From an uncultured Bacteroidales bacterium (GTDB lineage: Bacteria > Bacteroidota > Bacteroidia > Bacteroidales > VadinHA17), in NCBI GenBank assembly GCA_963696535.1, contig CAVOKP010000013.1, positions 241,790 to 305,789 of the forward strand: a DNA stretch of 64,000 nucleotides, given 5' to 3'. Shown here in pieces: positions 1 through 8,555 of the stretch. Each line of letters starts with the position of its first letter. The stretch's first letter is position 1. The translations under genes were made by a program, and so were the position numbers. A model generated the notes under the pieces. That model had not been told where the DNA came from and did no database searches. It was given only the letters and a program-made list of their open reading frames with translations.

Positions 1-55
1 ACCCTAATCCAAGGGCGGTTCTGCCCAGGAAATCTCTGCGCGATAATTTTTTCAT
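1..55 (-). CDS. 5' end (partial) of an exported protein with a twin-arginine signal
   Basis: The reverse strand has ATG at 55..53 and reads MKKLSRRDFLGRTALGLG, a classic Tat motif (RRxFL). The ORF continues off the window edge. Confidence 0.45.
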   Translation of the reverse strand, partial: MKKLSRRDFLGRTALGLG

Positions 56-70
56 GTGGTTAAATTATTT

Positions 71-149
71 ATAATCAATTAACTATCGATATTATATCAT
101 TATGATATCGTTTTGATATTATAATGATATCATTATGATATAATCAATC
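71..149. promoter_or_regulatory. AT-rich repeated dyads in a divergent promoter region (candidate operator)
   Basis: The 15-nt near-palindrome ATATCATTATGATAT occurs twice (94-108 and 127-141). GATATTATA occurs twice (88-96, 115-123) and ATAATCAAT twice (71-79, 140-148). The region lies between the divergent Tat-protein gene and the nitroreductase gene. Confidence 0.35.
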
Positions 150-314
150 TTTCAAAGCACCTTTGCCCCCCCTGTCGCATGACTGATTATTATGACAATA
201 AATATAATATAAATTGTCCGAAGTATATTTTTTTGCTCCGCATAAATCAGGAATCACTAACTTTATCACCGTAAGAACTTATCAAAAAATTTAATAATTC
301 AGATTTTTTGAGAA

Positions 315-908
315 ATGTACAATTTAAAACGAGAGGGAATGAATAGGAAAAGCTTATTATTTGTTATTGTGGTGCTTTTATCCGGCACAACTCTGCTAAG
401 GAGTCAGACTATGGTAAATAGTACCATCGATGTCATTATGTCGGGGTATTCTGCAAAAATGTTCTCACAGGAACCTGTTTCCGGCAAGGACCTTGATCTT
501 ATCCTGAAATGCGGAATGAAGGCGCCAAGCGCCAGGAACATCCAGCCCTGGAGATTTACCGTCTTAAAGGATAATGCGCTGACAAGCCAGATCATCTCTG
601 ACATTACACCCGGAAATGTACTGGTTATCATTTCAGGTTTGGATTCAGGGCAGCAGGGAGGATCCGTTGATTTCGACTGCGGCCTGGCAACTGAAAATAT
701 GTACATAGCTGCCCAAAGCCTTGGACTGGGGGCGCATATTTACTGGAGTCCTCTGGCAAACATAAATTCAAAGAAGGAAGCTTTCGGAATTCCTGAGGGC
801 TTCAGGGCAGTTACAGTGCTGAGGATCGGGAATATCGACAAGAGCGTTGATGCGGTATCGGCTGCCTCTGCAAGGAAGAAATTCGAGGAAGTGGTTAACT
901 ATAAATAG
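315..908 (+). CDS. nitroreductase family protein with an N-terminal hydrophobic signal or anchor
   Basis: Contains the nitroreductase motif PSARNIQPWRF and has the expected ~190 aa size. The N-terminus MNRKSLLFVIVVLLSGTTLLRSQ looks like a signal peptide. An alternative start is at 339. Confidence 0.75.
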   Translation: MYNLKREGMNRKSLLFVIVVLLSGTTLLRSQTMVNSTIDVIMSGYSAKMFSQEPVSGKDLDLILKCGMKAPSARNIQPWRFTVLKDNALTSQIISDITPGNVLVIISGLDSGQQGGSVDFDCGLATENMYIAAQSLGLGAHIYWSPLANINSKKEAFGIPEGFRAVTVLRIGNIDKSVDAVSAASARKKFEEVVNYK

Positions 909-927
909 ATTACTGCTCACGAAATGA

Positions 928-1020
928 CCCCCCCAACCCCCCTGTAAGGGGGGCTAATAAACCCAAATCAAAACTTTATGGGGAATAATGGTTTAGCCCC
1001 CTTTCAGGGGGGTCAGGGGG
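928..1020. repeat. GC-rich MITE-like palindromic element
   Basis: The left arm CCCCCCCAACCCCCCTGTAAGGGGGGC (928-954) is the near reverse complement of the right arm GCCCCCTTTCAGGGGGGTCAGGGGG (996-1020). Each arm is itself a C6/G6 hairpin. The element sits between convergent genes. Confidence 0.6.
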
Positions 1021-1034
1021 TTTATACAAAAAAC

Positions 1035-1373
1035 CTAATTCAAGCTCTTCAGGTTCGTTATTGCCTCCGGCACATATTTATGTACACCTGCAACAATAGA
1101 GCAGGTATCCATAAGATCGCATTCGGCACATGTCTCAAATCCCTTTGCCTTTACGCAGTTCCTTATTTCGCACTCGTGGCAGTGGCTGAATTTCGGTCCT
1201 TCCTCCCTGCACCCCGTGCAGTTTATCATTGTATAGTCCAGTCCGGCAGCATTGTAAGCGACCTTCCATTTTTCGGCGGTTGCTTTTCTGAGTTCATCAT
1301 CATCCGCCATTGTTGCAATGTAGGCGTCACAGGTCTTGCAGTCGAGTCCGCAGCAGGAGATTAGTTTTTCCAT
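1035..1373 (-). CDS. DUF3795-like cysteine-rich protein
   Basis: Cys pattern CCGLDCKTCDAY...INCTGC...HCHECEIRNC...CAECDLMDTC is typical of the DUF3795 family. Confidence 0.65.
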   Translation of the reverse strand: MEKLISCCGLDCKTCDAYIATMADDDELRKATAEKWKVAYNAAGLDYTMINCTGCREEGPKFSHCHECEIRNCVKAKGFETCAECDLMDTCSIVAGVHKYVPEAITNLKSLN

Positions 1374-1400
1374 TCATCATATATTTAGTTTACATTGAAA

Positions 1401-1500
1401 AAGCAGGCTGTCTCAAAATCTCAAACATGCCCCCTGCCACCTAAAGGAGGTTTGAATAATCGACTGATACTCAAAAGTCCCCTTTAGGGGATTTAGGGGT
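1401..1500. repeat. partial copy of the hairpin element family seen at 30561-30705
   Basis: AAAGTCCCCTTTAGGGGATTTAGGGG (1474-1499) is identical to 30680-30705. The upstream CCCCCTGCCACCTAAAGGAGG and GGCTGTCTCAAAA segments match 30636-30660 and 30611-30622. Confidence 0.6.
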
Positions 1501-1556
1501 GTTGTCATAAGAAATAAGAAAAAGAACTTAAAAGACAGTCTCTATTTTTTCTCCGG

Positions 1557-3035
1557 CTACAGATGATAAGTTCCTCTGTATTGGTAATCCATCAGTCTGT
1601 GGCTGCAGGCCTCCTTGTCATTTATAAATGTGTATGTTGCCGGATCCCATTTAAGCGGCCTCTTAAGTTCGTTTGCAATATTTCCGAGGCAGCAGGTAAT
1701 TGCAGTGCTGCATCCGACCTCGATCGATGCGATCGGTTTCTCACGCGAACGCACGGCATCGATGAAGTTCTGCATGTGAGGTGAACTGATCTCGAACTGA
1801 AGTCCTGCCTGAGTGGGTGCCGGACGGGCTTGTCCCTGTGCAGCGGCGCCCTGGCGTCCCTGTGTGGCAGCCTGGCGTCCCTGAGCAGGAGCGGCGGGTC
1901 TTTGTCCCTGCGGAGCTCCGGCCGGACGTTCTGCCCTTGGCTGCGGACGGGTTCCTGCAATTTCTGCCGGAATCAGCGAAGCATCAGAGCATGCGATATA
2001 TCCCCTTGCCACTTCGATCCATCCTTTTGTCCCGATGAATTTAATTCCCTGGGCGCCTGGATTATCCTCAAGATAAGGCTGTTCGGTCATTACAACGCCG
2101 GTCTTGTAAATATATGTCATGTATGGCTGGCCATTGTAGCCTTTCGGGATAATTTCGCTCGGGGCGGAACCATCCATTCCGATTGCAGCCTGTGCAATAT
2201 CGAACATATGGGCTCCCCAGTCAGCGGTGTATCCGTTCCCTGTCTCGAGATACCAGCGCCATGCGCCCCAGAGCGTCTCATTCTGGACGGGGTCGAGGGT
2301 AATCTGCGGAGCAAGGTCGGAATGATATTTTATATTATCATCATTGAGCGGACCGAGCCACAGGTTCCAGTTAAGGTTACCCGGAATAGGCATTTCTGGA
2401 AGGTCGAGAGGTTTGGGAGGATCACCAACCTTTGCATAAATCTTTTCAATGTGCCCGATTGCCCCTTTCTGAACAAGCTCTATTGCTTTCTGGAACTCCT
2501 TGCTTGAACGCTGCTGGCTCCCGACCTGGACGACCCGCTTGTTGTCATTTGCAACCCTTGTCATTACCAGGGCCTCCTTAATGGTATAGGAGAGAGGTTT
2601 CTGGACGTAAACATCCTTTCCGGCCTGGCAGGCATGAATTGTCATCAGTGCATGCCAGTGGTCGGGAGTCACAACTTCTACAACATCTATATCCTTGCGT
2701 TCGAGAAGCTGTTCGTACTGTTCATAGGTATCACAGCGGGGTGCGAGCCCCTTTGATTTCTGCCACTCCTCGACGGTTCTTTTAAACCTCTGCTGCTTGA
2801 TTGTGTCAACATCGCAACAGGCAATGACCTGCAGCCCCGGAGCACCTGCAAATCCCCTGAAATCGGAGAGAGCCTGACGTCCAAGACCTATTGTGCCCAT
2901 AAGCACCCGATCGCTTGGAGCAACGCGTATTCCGTTAATAACATAGCTCGGCAGGATGGTGAGACCCGTCAGTCCGATTGCTGACAGCCCCAGGAAATCA
3001 CGCCGGTTTAAACCTTTGGTAGTCTTTTCTTTCAT
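1557..3035 (-). CDS. Tat-exported Gfo/Idh/MocA family oxidoreductase with a low-complexity insertion
   Basis: Has a Tat signal (NRRDFLGLSAIG), a Rossmann N-terminal region (MGTIGLGRQA) and a Gfo/Idh/MocA-like core (VYVQKPL). A ~50 aa Q/G/A/P/R-rich segment interrupts the C-terminal domain. Confidence 0.75.
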   Translation of the reverse strand: MKEKTTKGLNRRDFLGLSAIGLTGLTILPSYVINGIRVAPSDRVLMGTIGLGRQALSDFRGFAGAPGLQVIACCDVDTIKQQRFKRTVEEWQKSKGLAPRCDTYEQYEQLLERKDIDVVEVVTPDHWHALMTIHACQAGKDVYVQKPLSYTIKEALVMTRVANDNKRVVQVGSQQRSSKEFQKAIELVQKGAIGHIEKIYAKVGDPPKPLDLPEMPIPGNLNWNLWLGPLNDDNIKYHSDLAPQITLDPVQNETLWGAWRWYLETGNGYTADWGAHMFDIAQAAIGMDGSAPSEIIPKGYNGQPYMTYIYKTGVVMTEQPYLEDNPGAQGIKFIGTKGWIEVARGYIACSDASLIPAEIAGTRPQPRAERPAGAPQGQRPAAPAQGRQAATQGRQGAAAQGQARPAPTQAGLQFEISSPHMQNFIDAVRSREKPIASIEVGCSTAITCCLGNIANELKRPLKWDPATYTFINDKEACSHRLMDYQYRGTYHL

Positions 3036-3123
3036 TGTAAAATATGGTTTAGGATTAATTGTCCAATAACAGGCTAAAAATAGGAAATACTTTAATTCGG
3101 GTGGACGGGAGCCTGGATATTTT

Positions 3124-3162
3124 CAAAAAAAATCCGGCTGTGAATCTTATCACTGGCCGGAT
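3124..3162 (-). terminator. candidate intrinsic terminator of the small secreted-protein gene
   Basis: Stem ATCCGGC (3132-3138) pairs with GCCGGAT (3156-3162). An A-run at 3124-3132 on the + strand gives a T-run on the - strand. Confidence 0.4.
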
Positions 3163-3185
3163 CCTTAAATCATCCGTAGCGGAGG

Positions 3186-3473
3186 CTATTTTTTAACAGG
3201 CGCCTTTGATCCGCAGGTTGCTGAACATGGTGCCACAGCTTCAGTGCTTTCTGTTTTTTTCTGGGCATCTGCCTGATGACCAGCACAGGTTGCAGGATCG
3301 CATGCACCTGCTTTTTCAGCAGCCTGCTGGCTTCCTGCTGCCTGACAAGGAGCTGTAACGGTTTCTGTTTTGGCTTTCTTTGGATCTTTCTTTGATCCTT
3401 CAGCGTTGACAAAAAGGATCACCACACATGCCATTATTAAAAGACTTCCGATGCTTATTAGTAGTTTCTTCAT
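3186..3473 (-). CDS. small secreted Cys/Ala/Lys-rich hypothetical protein
   Basis: Signal peptide MKKLLISIGSLLIMACVVILFVNA. The mature part has repeated APC...C..C motifs (APCQAAGS, ACDPATCAGH, APCSATCGS). Confidence 0.5.
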   Translation of the reverse strand: MKKLLISIGSLLIMACVVILFVNAEGSKKDPKKAKTETVTAPCQAAGSQQAAEKAGACDPATCAGHQADAQKKTESTEAVAPCSATCGSKAPVKK

Positions 3474-3601
3474 TTGTGAGTTTTTTAAAGTGAGACTTGC
3501 GATATTACTATTTTTTTTTGTATTTCACATTTATATGAACGGAAATTCATACAAATTATTTAATTTTCAAATGTTGAATCCTTAACTAACCTTATTTTGC
3601 A

Positions 3602-4375
3602 ATGAGGAAGATCCTGATCCCGTTTTTCTTTCTGTTAATATCCCTGACAGCATATCCTCAGTATTCAACACTTAATGCCCATTCCCACAATGATTATGAG
3701 AACATCCCGCCTTTTATGCTGGCATATAATAATCATTTCGGATCGATCGAGGCAGATATCTGGGCAGTAAACGGCGAATTATTTGTTTCGCATAATGAAA
3801 ATGACATAAATCCCTCGAGGACTCTTGATTCTCTTTATATTAATCCGATTGTCAGAATATTCAGGCTGAATGGTGGCAAAGCATGGAATGACAATCCGGG
3901 TACATACCAGCTAATGATCGATCTTAAAACTCCCGTTGATCCGACTCTTTCACTGCTTATAAAGAAGCTGGGCAATTATCCAGATGTTTTCAACCCGAGG
4001 ATAAATAAAAATGCAGTCAGGATAGTAATAACCGGAAACAGACCCGAACCAGCAAGGTTTAGGGATTATCCGTCATTTGTTTTTTTCGATGGCAATGTGG
4101 CACTGGAATACAGTAAGAAGCAACTGAGAAGAATCGCCCTTTACAGCGAAAATTTCAGGAACTATTCATCGTGGAACGGAGAAGGCGCAATTAAGGAAAA
4201 GGAAAAAGCCAGGCTGGAGGGTATTATTGATTCGGTGCATTCAGTTAAAAAGAAGATCAGGTTCTGGAACACCCCTGATAATGCTGACGCATGGAGATTA
4301 TTCATTGAAATGGGGATCGACTATATAAACACCGACCATATTGCAGGGCTCTCTGACTTTTTAACCAATCGTTGA
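3602..4375 (+). CDS. secreted PI-PLC-like / glycerophosphodiester phosphodiesterase-superfamily protein (AIM6-like)
   Basis: Has a signal peptide and the N-terminal catalytic motif AHSHNDYE, characteristic of PLC-like phosphodiesterase TIM barrels. Confidence 0.65.
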   Translation: MRKILIPFFFLLISLTAYPQYSTLNAHSHNDYENIPPFMLAYNNHFGSIEADIWAVNGELFVSHNENDINPSRTLDSLYINPIVRIFRLNGGKAWNDNPGTYQLMIDLKTPVDPTLSLLIKKLGNYPDVFNPRINKNAVRIVITGNRPEPARFRDYPSFVFFDGNVALEYSKKQLRRIALYSENFRNYSSWNGEGAIKEKEKARLEGIIDSVHSVKKKIRFWNTPDNADAWRLFIEMGIDYINTDHIAGLSDFLTNR

Positions 4376-4378
4376 AAT

Positions 4379-6187
4379 ATGAAGCAGTTTGAACTGATTG
4401 ACTGGATAGTATTCTTCACTTACGCCACTGTTATAGTCGGTCTTGGATTATGGGTCTCAAGAACAAAAAAAGGGCAGCAAAAAACCTCTCAGGACTATTT
4501 CCTGGCTAACCGGTCATTGCCATGGTGGGCAATCGGATCCACACTTCTCGCGGCAAATATCTCGGCCGAGCACTTTATAGCAATGTCAGGATCAGGCTAT
4601 GCCGTGGGACTTGCAATTGCAGCCTATGAATGGATAGCTGCAGCAGTTCTGATCCTTGTCGCCAAATATTTTCTTCCTGTATTCATTGAGAAGAAGATCT
4701 ATACAATGCCGCAGTTCCTTACCCAGCGTTATGATAAGAGAGTAAGCACAAGCCTTGCCGTTTTCTGGATCCTTGTCTACATCTTTATCAATATGACGGC
4801 AGTAATATACCTGGGAGCACTTGCAATGGAACGTATAATCGGATTGCCTCTTATTTACGGGGTCATCCTGTTTTCATTGTTTTCTGCCTTATACTCCCTG
4901 TGGGGAGGGATGAAGGCTGTTGCATGGACCGATGTTTTCAATGTGTTTGTCCTGATACTCGGCGGACTTGTCACAACTGCATTTGCACTTAATGCCCTGA
5001 GCGACGGGAATGGGATACTTGCAGGATTTTCAGAACTTCTGGAGAGGGCCCCTCAGAAATTCCATATGATAATTGAAAAGGGAACCGTATCGGTGCCTGA
5101 CGGTAAAGGCGGAATGAAGGATGCTTTCAATGATCTGCCGGGGCTTGGTGTTGTGATTGGATCGATGTGGCTTACCAATATCGGATTCTGGGGTTTCAAT
5201 CAGTTCATTATCCAGCGCGGGCTTGCAGGGAAATCGCTAAAGGAGGCCCAGCACGGCGTTGTATTTGCCGGGTACCTGAAACTGCTTGTCCCCCTCCTGG
5301 TTGTAATACCCGGGATCGCCGTTTTTGCACTCGGCGTAAAACTTGGAAAATCGGATGAAGCCTATCCATGGCTTATCGCCAATATTATTCCGGTGGGGAT
5401 CTCAGGTCTTTCGCTGGCTGCGATTGCCGCTGCGGCCGTGTCGTCGATAAGTTCCCTTGTTAACAGTACCTCGACGATTTTTACAATCGACATATACAAG
5501 AGCTATCTCAATAAAAACGCTTCGGAAAAACAGCTTGTGACAACAGGAAGGATAACGGCATTGATAGCTCTGGTGATCGCAACTGCTGTTGCTCCGCAGC
5601 TTAAGACCCTCGATCAGGCATACCAGTATATCCAGGAATATACCGGATATATCTATCCCGGAACGTTCCTGATATTCTTCTGCGGGCTCTTCTGGAGAAA
5701 GGCGTCTGCAAATGCTGCACTATGGACTGCGATCCTCACCATACCATTGGGGATACTGTTCAAAGTCATAAATCCGGAGATGCCTTTTATCCTGCGCATA
5801 GGTTATGTTTTCATTGTCCTCTCCTTTGTGATGATAGGTCTCAGCCTGATTGACAGAAATCATACAATTGAAAATGTTCATAATGCTGAACTCGCAAGGA
5901 AGAGAGTCTCTCTAGGGACAAGAATGATAGTATTTGCAGCTCTTGCCGGAATAACAATGGCTTTTTTCGCCGGGAAGTATAAAAACCTGGCGCTCGAAGC
6001 CGGATATGTGCTTGTTGCCGGATTTATCCTTCTGGGGTTGATTATTATCCTTAACAACACCCAGAAGAAAATGAATGAGAAGGGGATCATAATCAGGGAA
6101 GGGATTTTCAAAACCACCCCGGCGTTTAATATTGCAGCAATAGGTGTTTGCGGACTGCTGGCACTTCTTTATACGGTTTTCTGGTGA
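4379..6187 (+). CDS. sodium:solute symporter (SSS/SGLT family), probably the inositol transporter
   Basis: Polytopic 602 aa protein with the SSS N-terminal signature DYFLANRSLPWWAIGSTLLAANISAEHFIAMSG. The substrate assignment comes only from its position in the iol locus. Confidence 0.8.
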   Translation: MKQFELIDWIVFFTYATVIVGLGLWVSRTKKGQQKTSQDYFLANRSLPWWAIGSTLLAANISAEHFIAMSGSGYAVGLAIAAYEWIAAAVLILVAKYFLPVFIEKKIYTMPQFLTQRYDKRVSTSLAVFWILVYIFINMTAVIYLGALAMERIIGLPLIYGVILFSLFSALYSLWGGMKAVAWTDVFNVFVLILGGLVTTAFALNALSDGNGILAGFSELLERAPQKFHMIIEKGTVSVPDGKGGMKDAFNDLPGLGVVIGSMWLTNIGFWGFNQFIIQRGLAGKSLKEAQHGVVFAGYLKLLVPLLVVIPGIAVFALGVKLGKSDEAYPWLIANIIPVGISGLSLAAIAAAAVSSISSLVNSTSTIFTIDIYKSYLNKNASEKQLVTTGRITALIALVIATAVAPQLKTLDQAYQYIQEYTGYIYPGTFLIFFCGLFWRKASANAALWTAILTIPLGILFKVINPEMPFILRIGYVFIVLSFVMIGLSLIDRNHTIENVHNAELARKRVSLGTRMIVFAALAGITMAFFAGKYKNLALEAGYVLVAGFILLGLIIILNNTQKKMNEKGIIIREGIFKTTPAFNIAAIGVCGLLALLYTVFW

Positions 6188-6235
6188 TGAACCAGTAACG
6201 GGATATTCGGTTAATTGGTAGTAGGCAGTAGATGG

Positions 6236-6354
6236 GAAGAAACCCACCCCCGCCCCTCCCGGGAGGGGAGCCGGAAGGGACGGTCTTCTTGCTTCGGTCA
6301 GTAAACCAGTAACCAGCAACGAGCAACGAGGAACGAGGAACGAGCAACAATAAA
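6236..6354. repeat. GC-rich element followed by a degenerate heptamer array
   Basis: CCCACCCCCGCCCCTCCCGGGAGGGGAGCC resembles the reverse complement of 35100-35118. It is followed by eight 7-nt units: CAGTAAA CCAGTAA CCAGCAA CGAGCAA CGAGGAA CGAGGAA CGAGCAA CAATAAA (6299-6354). Confidence 0.7.
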
Positions 6355-6388
6355 ATAATTACAACAACCACTTCTTCAAAAGATTTCC

Positions 6389-7480
6389 ATGGAAACAGAT
6401 TCACAGCAAAAAGAAGCATACAAAAGTACTCTTCACAAAATGACGCAAACAACTCCGACTGTCCTTTGGAACGATTCCTGTTCCATTGAGGAGCTGACTA
6501 ACTCGATCGGTCACGGGGCTGTCGGAGCTACCTGCAACCCCGTGATCGTCCTGAATGTACTTAAGCAGGAGTGGAATATATGGAAAGAGAGGATCCTGCA
6601 GATAATCATGGAGAATCCCTTTGCAACGGAGGACGAAATAGCCTGGAATCTTATCGGCGAGATGTCGGTGAAAGCAGCAGCACTGCTTCGGCCTGTTTTT
6701 GACAGGGAGAACGGAAGGAACGGACGGCTGTCGATCCAGACCGATCCGAGGTTATACAGGGATCCAAAAAGGATCCTTGCCCAGGCTGTTCAGTTCAGTG
6801 AACTCGCTCCAAACATGATCGTGAAAATTCCTGTCACAAAGGCCGGGGTGGAGGCCATAGAAGAGGCAACCTACAGGGGCATAAGCATCAATGCAACAGT
6901 AAGTTTCACCCTGCCTCAGGCCGTTGCGGTGGCGGAAGCCGTGGAACGCGGGCTCACACGGCGGGAAAGGGAGGGAAAGGATATAAACACCATGGGTCCC
7001 GTATGCACGCTGATGGTTGGCAGGCTCGACGACTGGCTTAAGGTTGTGACCGAAAAAGAAAATATAATTGCCAACCCTGAGGCTGTCGACTGGGCAGGCG
7101 TTGCAGTAATGAAGAAAGCCTACAGGATTTATAACGAACGGGGATATCGTTTGAGGCTTTTAAGCGCGGCATTCAGGCATCACCGTCACTGGTCGGAATT
7201 CATCGGGGGGAACGTGGTCATCTCGCCTCCCTGGCAGTGGCAGATGCGGTACAATGCTTCGGATGTGACAGTGGAGAACAGAATGGATAAACCTGTTGAT
7301 CAGGCAATAATAACCGAACTTGAGAAGAAATTTACTGACTTCCGGCGCGCTTACGATGAGAAAGGGATGACCGTAGAAGAATTCGACGGATTCGGAGCAA
7401 CTGTCAGAACATTGCGCCAGTTTTCACAGGCTACAACGGACCTTATTTTAAAAATCAGGGATATAATGTTGATTAGATAA
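6389..7480 (+). CDS. transaldolase / fructose-6-phosphate-aldolase family protein
   Basis: Motifs LWNDS, GATCNPVIV and the Schiff-base lysine context MIVKIPVTKAG are typical of class I transaldolase-family enzymes. An alternative start is at 6440. Confidence 0.75.
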   Translation: METDSQQKEAYKSTLHKMTQTTPTVLWNDSCSIEELTNSIGHGAVGATCNPVIVLNVLKQEWNIWKERILQIIMENPFATEDEIAWNLIGEMSVKAAALLRPVFDRENGRNGRLSIQTDPRLYRDPKRILAQAVQFSELAPNMIVKIPVTKAGVEAIEEATYRGISINATVSFTLPQAVAVAEAVERGLTRREREGKDINTMGPVCTLMVGRLDDWLKVVTEKENIIANPEAVDWAGVAVMKKAYRIYNERGYRLRLLSAAFRHHRHWSEFIGGNVVISPPWQWQMRYNASDVTVENRMDKPVDQAIITELEKKFTDFRRAYDEKGMTVEEFDGFGATVRTLRQFSQATTDLILKIRDIMLIR

Positions 7481-7522
7481 TGTTGAAATAATGTTGAAAT
7501 AATGTTGAAATGGTGTTGAAAT
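7463..7522. repeat. 11-nt tandem repeat (ATAATGTTGAA x4 plus degenerate copies)
   Basis: Reads directly as ATAATGTTGAA ATAATGTTGAA ATAATGTTGAA ATGGTGTTGAA. It overlaps the stop codon of the transaldolase gene. Confidence 0.8.
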
Positions 7523-7536
7523 AAAGATAAGATCAA

Positions 7537-8430
7537 GTGATAAGAGATAAAAAATGCCCATGGCTGGCAAAATCATACCCGGATGAGGAGAAATACCAGA
7601 ACATCACTGCCGGGGAGGCAGGATGGAAGTATCTGAATTTCACGGCGAGGACCATGAAATCAGGACAGAAGTGGATTGGGGGGACCGGCGACAGTGAGTA
7701 CCTGTTTGTACTGCTCGGAGGTAATTTCTCGGCGGAAACCTCTGCCGGTACCTGGAAGACCTGGAACGGCAGGAAAGATGTGTTCAGCGGACTGCCCCAT
7801 GCTCTCTATCTGCCTCCAAATACTGAATATGAAATCTCGCCTGCAGGTGAAATCCTTGATATTGCATGCGGTTGGTGCGCCACCGAAAAGAGATATCCTG
7901 AAAGGCTTATATCACCTGCCGATGTGGTGCAAATGGGAATTGAATTAAGGGGCGGCGATAATGCCAGCAGGCAGATAAACAGTATATTGCCTCCCGGATC
8001 TGAGAGCAGCCGGCTGGTTTGCGTGGAGGTATATACTCCTTCCGGAAACTGGAGCTCGTTCCCTGCACATAAGCATGATACCAGAAAAACCGATCCTTCC
8101 ACCGGCAAGCTTCTTGAAGCAAGCCTTGAAGAGATCTATTTCTATAAAATTGACAAGCCGCAGGGATTTGCAATCCAGAAGATTTATAACGACGACCGCA
8201 GTCTGGATGAGATTGCAGAGGCGCATTGCAACGACCTGGTGATGGTTCCCCAGGGTTACCATCCTGTTGTTGCAGGACATGGATACAATGTTTATTACCT
8301 GAATTTCCTTGCGGGCAGCGACCAGAGCCTTGTCAGTACGGATGATCCGGACCACAAATGGATCTACGGGACATGGAGGGAGATGGATTCGCGGCTTCCG
8401 ATGGTAACAATTGAAATGAATTGCAGATAA
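7537..8430 (+). CDS. iolB: 5-deoxy-glucuronate isomerase
   Basis: Cupin-type IolB-like sequence (FPAHKHDT, VPQGYHPV) located next to iolD. A GTG start is inferred because there is no in-frame ATG nearby. Confidence 0.8.
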   Translation: MIRDKKCPWLAKSYPDEEKYQNITAGEAGWKYLNFTARTMKSGQKWIGGTGDSEYLFVLLGGNFSAETSAGTWKTWNGRKDVFSGLPHALYLPPNTEYEISPAGEILDIACGWCATEKRYPERLISPADVVQMGIELRGGDNASRQINSILPPGSESSRLVCVEVYTPSGNWSSFPAHKHDTRKTDPSTGKLLEASLEEIYFYKIDKPQGFAIQKIYNDDRSLDEIAEAHCNDLVMVPQGYHPVVAGHGYNVYYLNFLAGSDQSLVSTDDPDHKWIYGTWREMDSRLPMVTIEMNCR

Positions 8431-8440
8431 TCATTTACAC

Positions 8441-8509
8441 CATTGCGGATTGCGGATTAACGAATTCGGATTTCCAATCCGAAATCACAAATTCGAAATC
8501 CGAAATTTC
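8441..8509. repeat. 7-nt periodic element (GCGGATT / TCGGATT words), inverted homolog of 14030-14100
   Basis: Parses as TTGCGGA TTGCGGA TTAACGA ATTCGGA TTTCCAA TCCGAAA TCACAAA TTCGAAA TCCGAAA. Its reverse complement aligns with 14030-14100. Confidence 0.75.
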
Positions 8510-8555
8510 AATAAGTGCAACATAATAGGATTAACTTTATGCAAGGTTTATTTAC

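Noticed and set aside
1830-2507. 225-aa antisense ORF inside the Gfo/Idh/MocA gene. Similar long antisense ORFs occur at 12001..12678, 38312..38902 and 41588..42301.
   Set aside because: Each lies opposite a gene with strong family motifs and has Cys/Arg/Ser-rich composition that is not protein-like. They are shadow ORFs.
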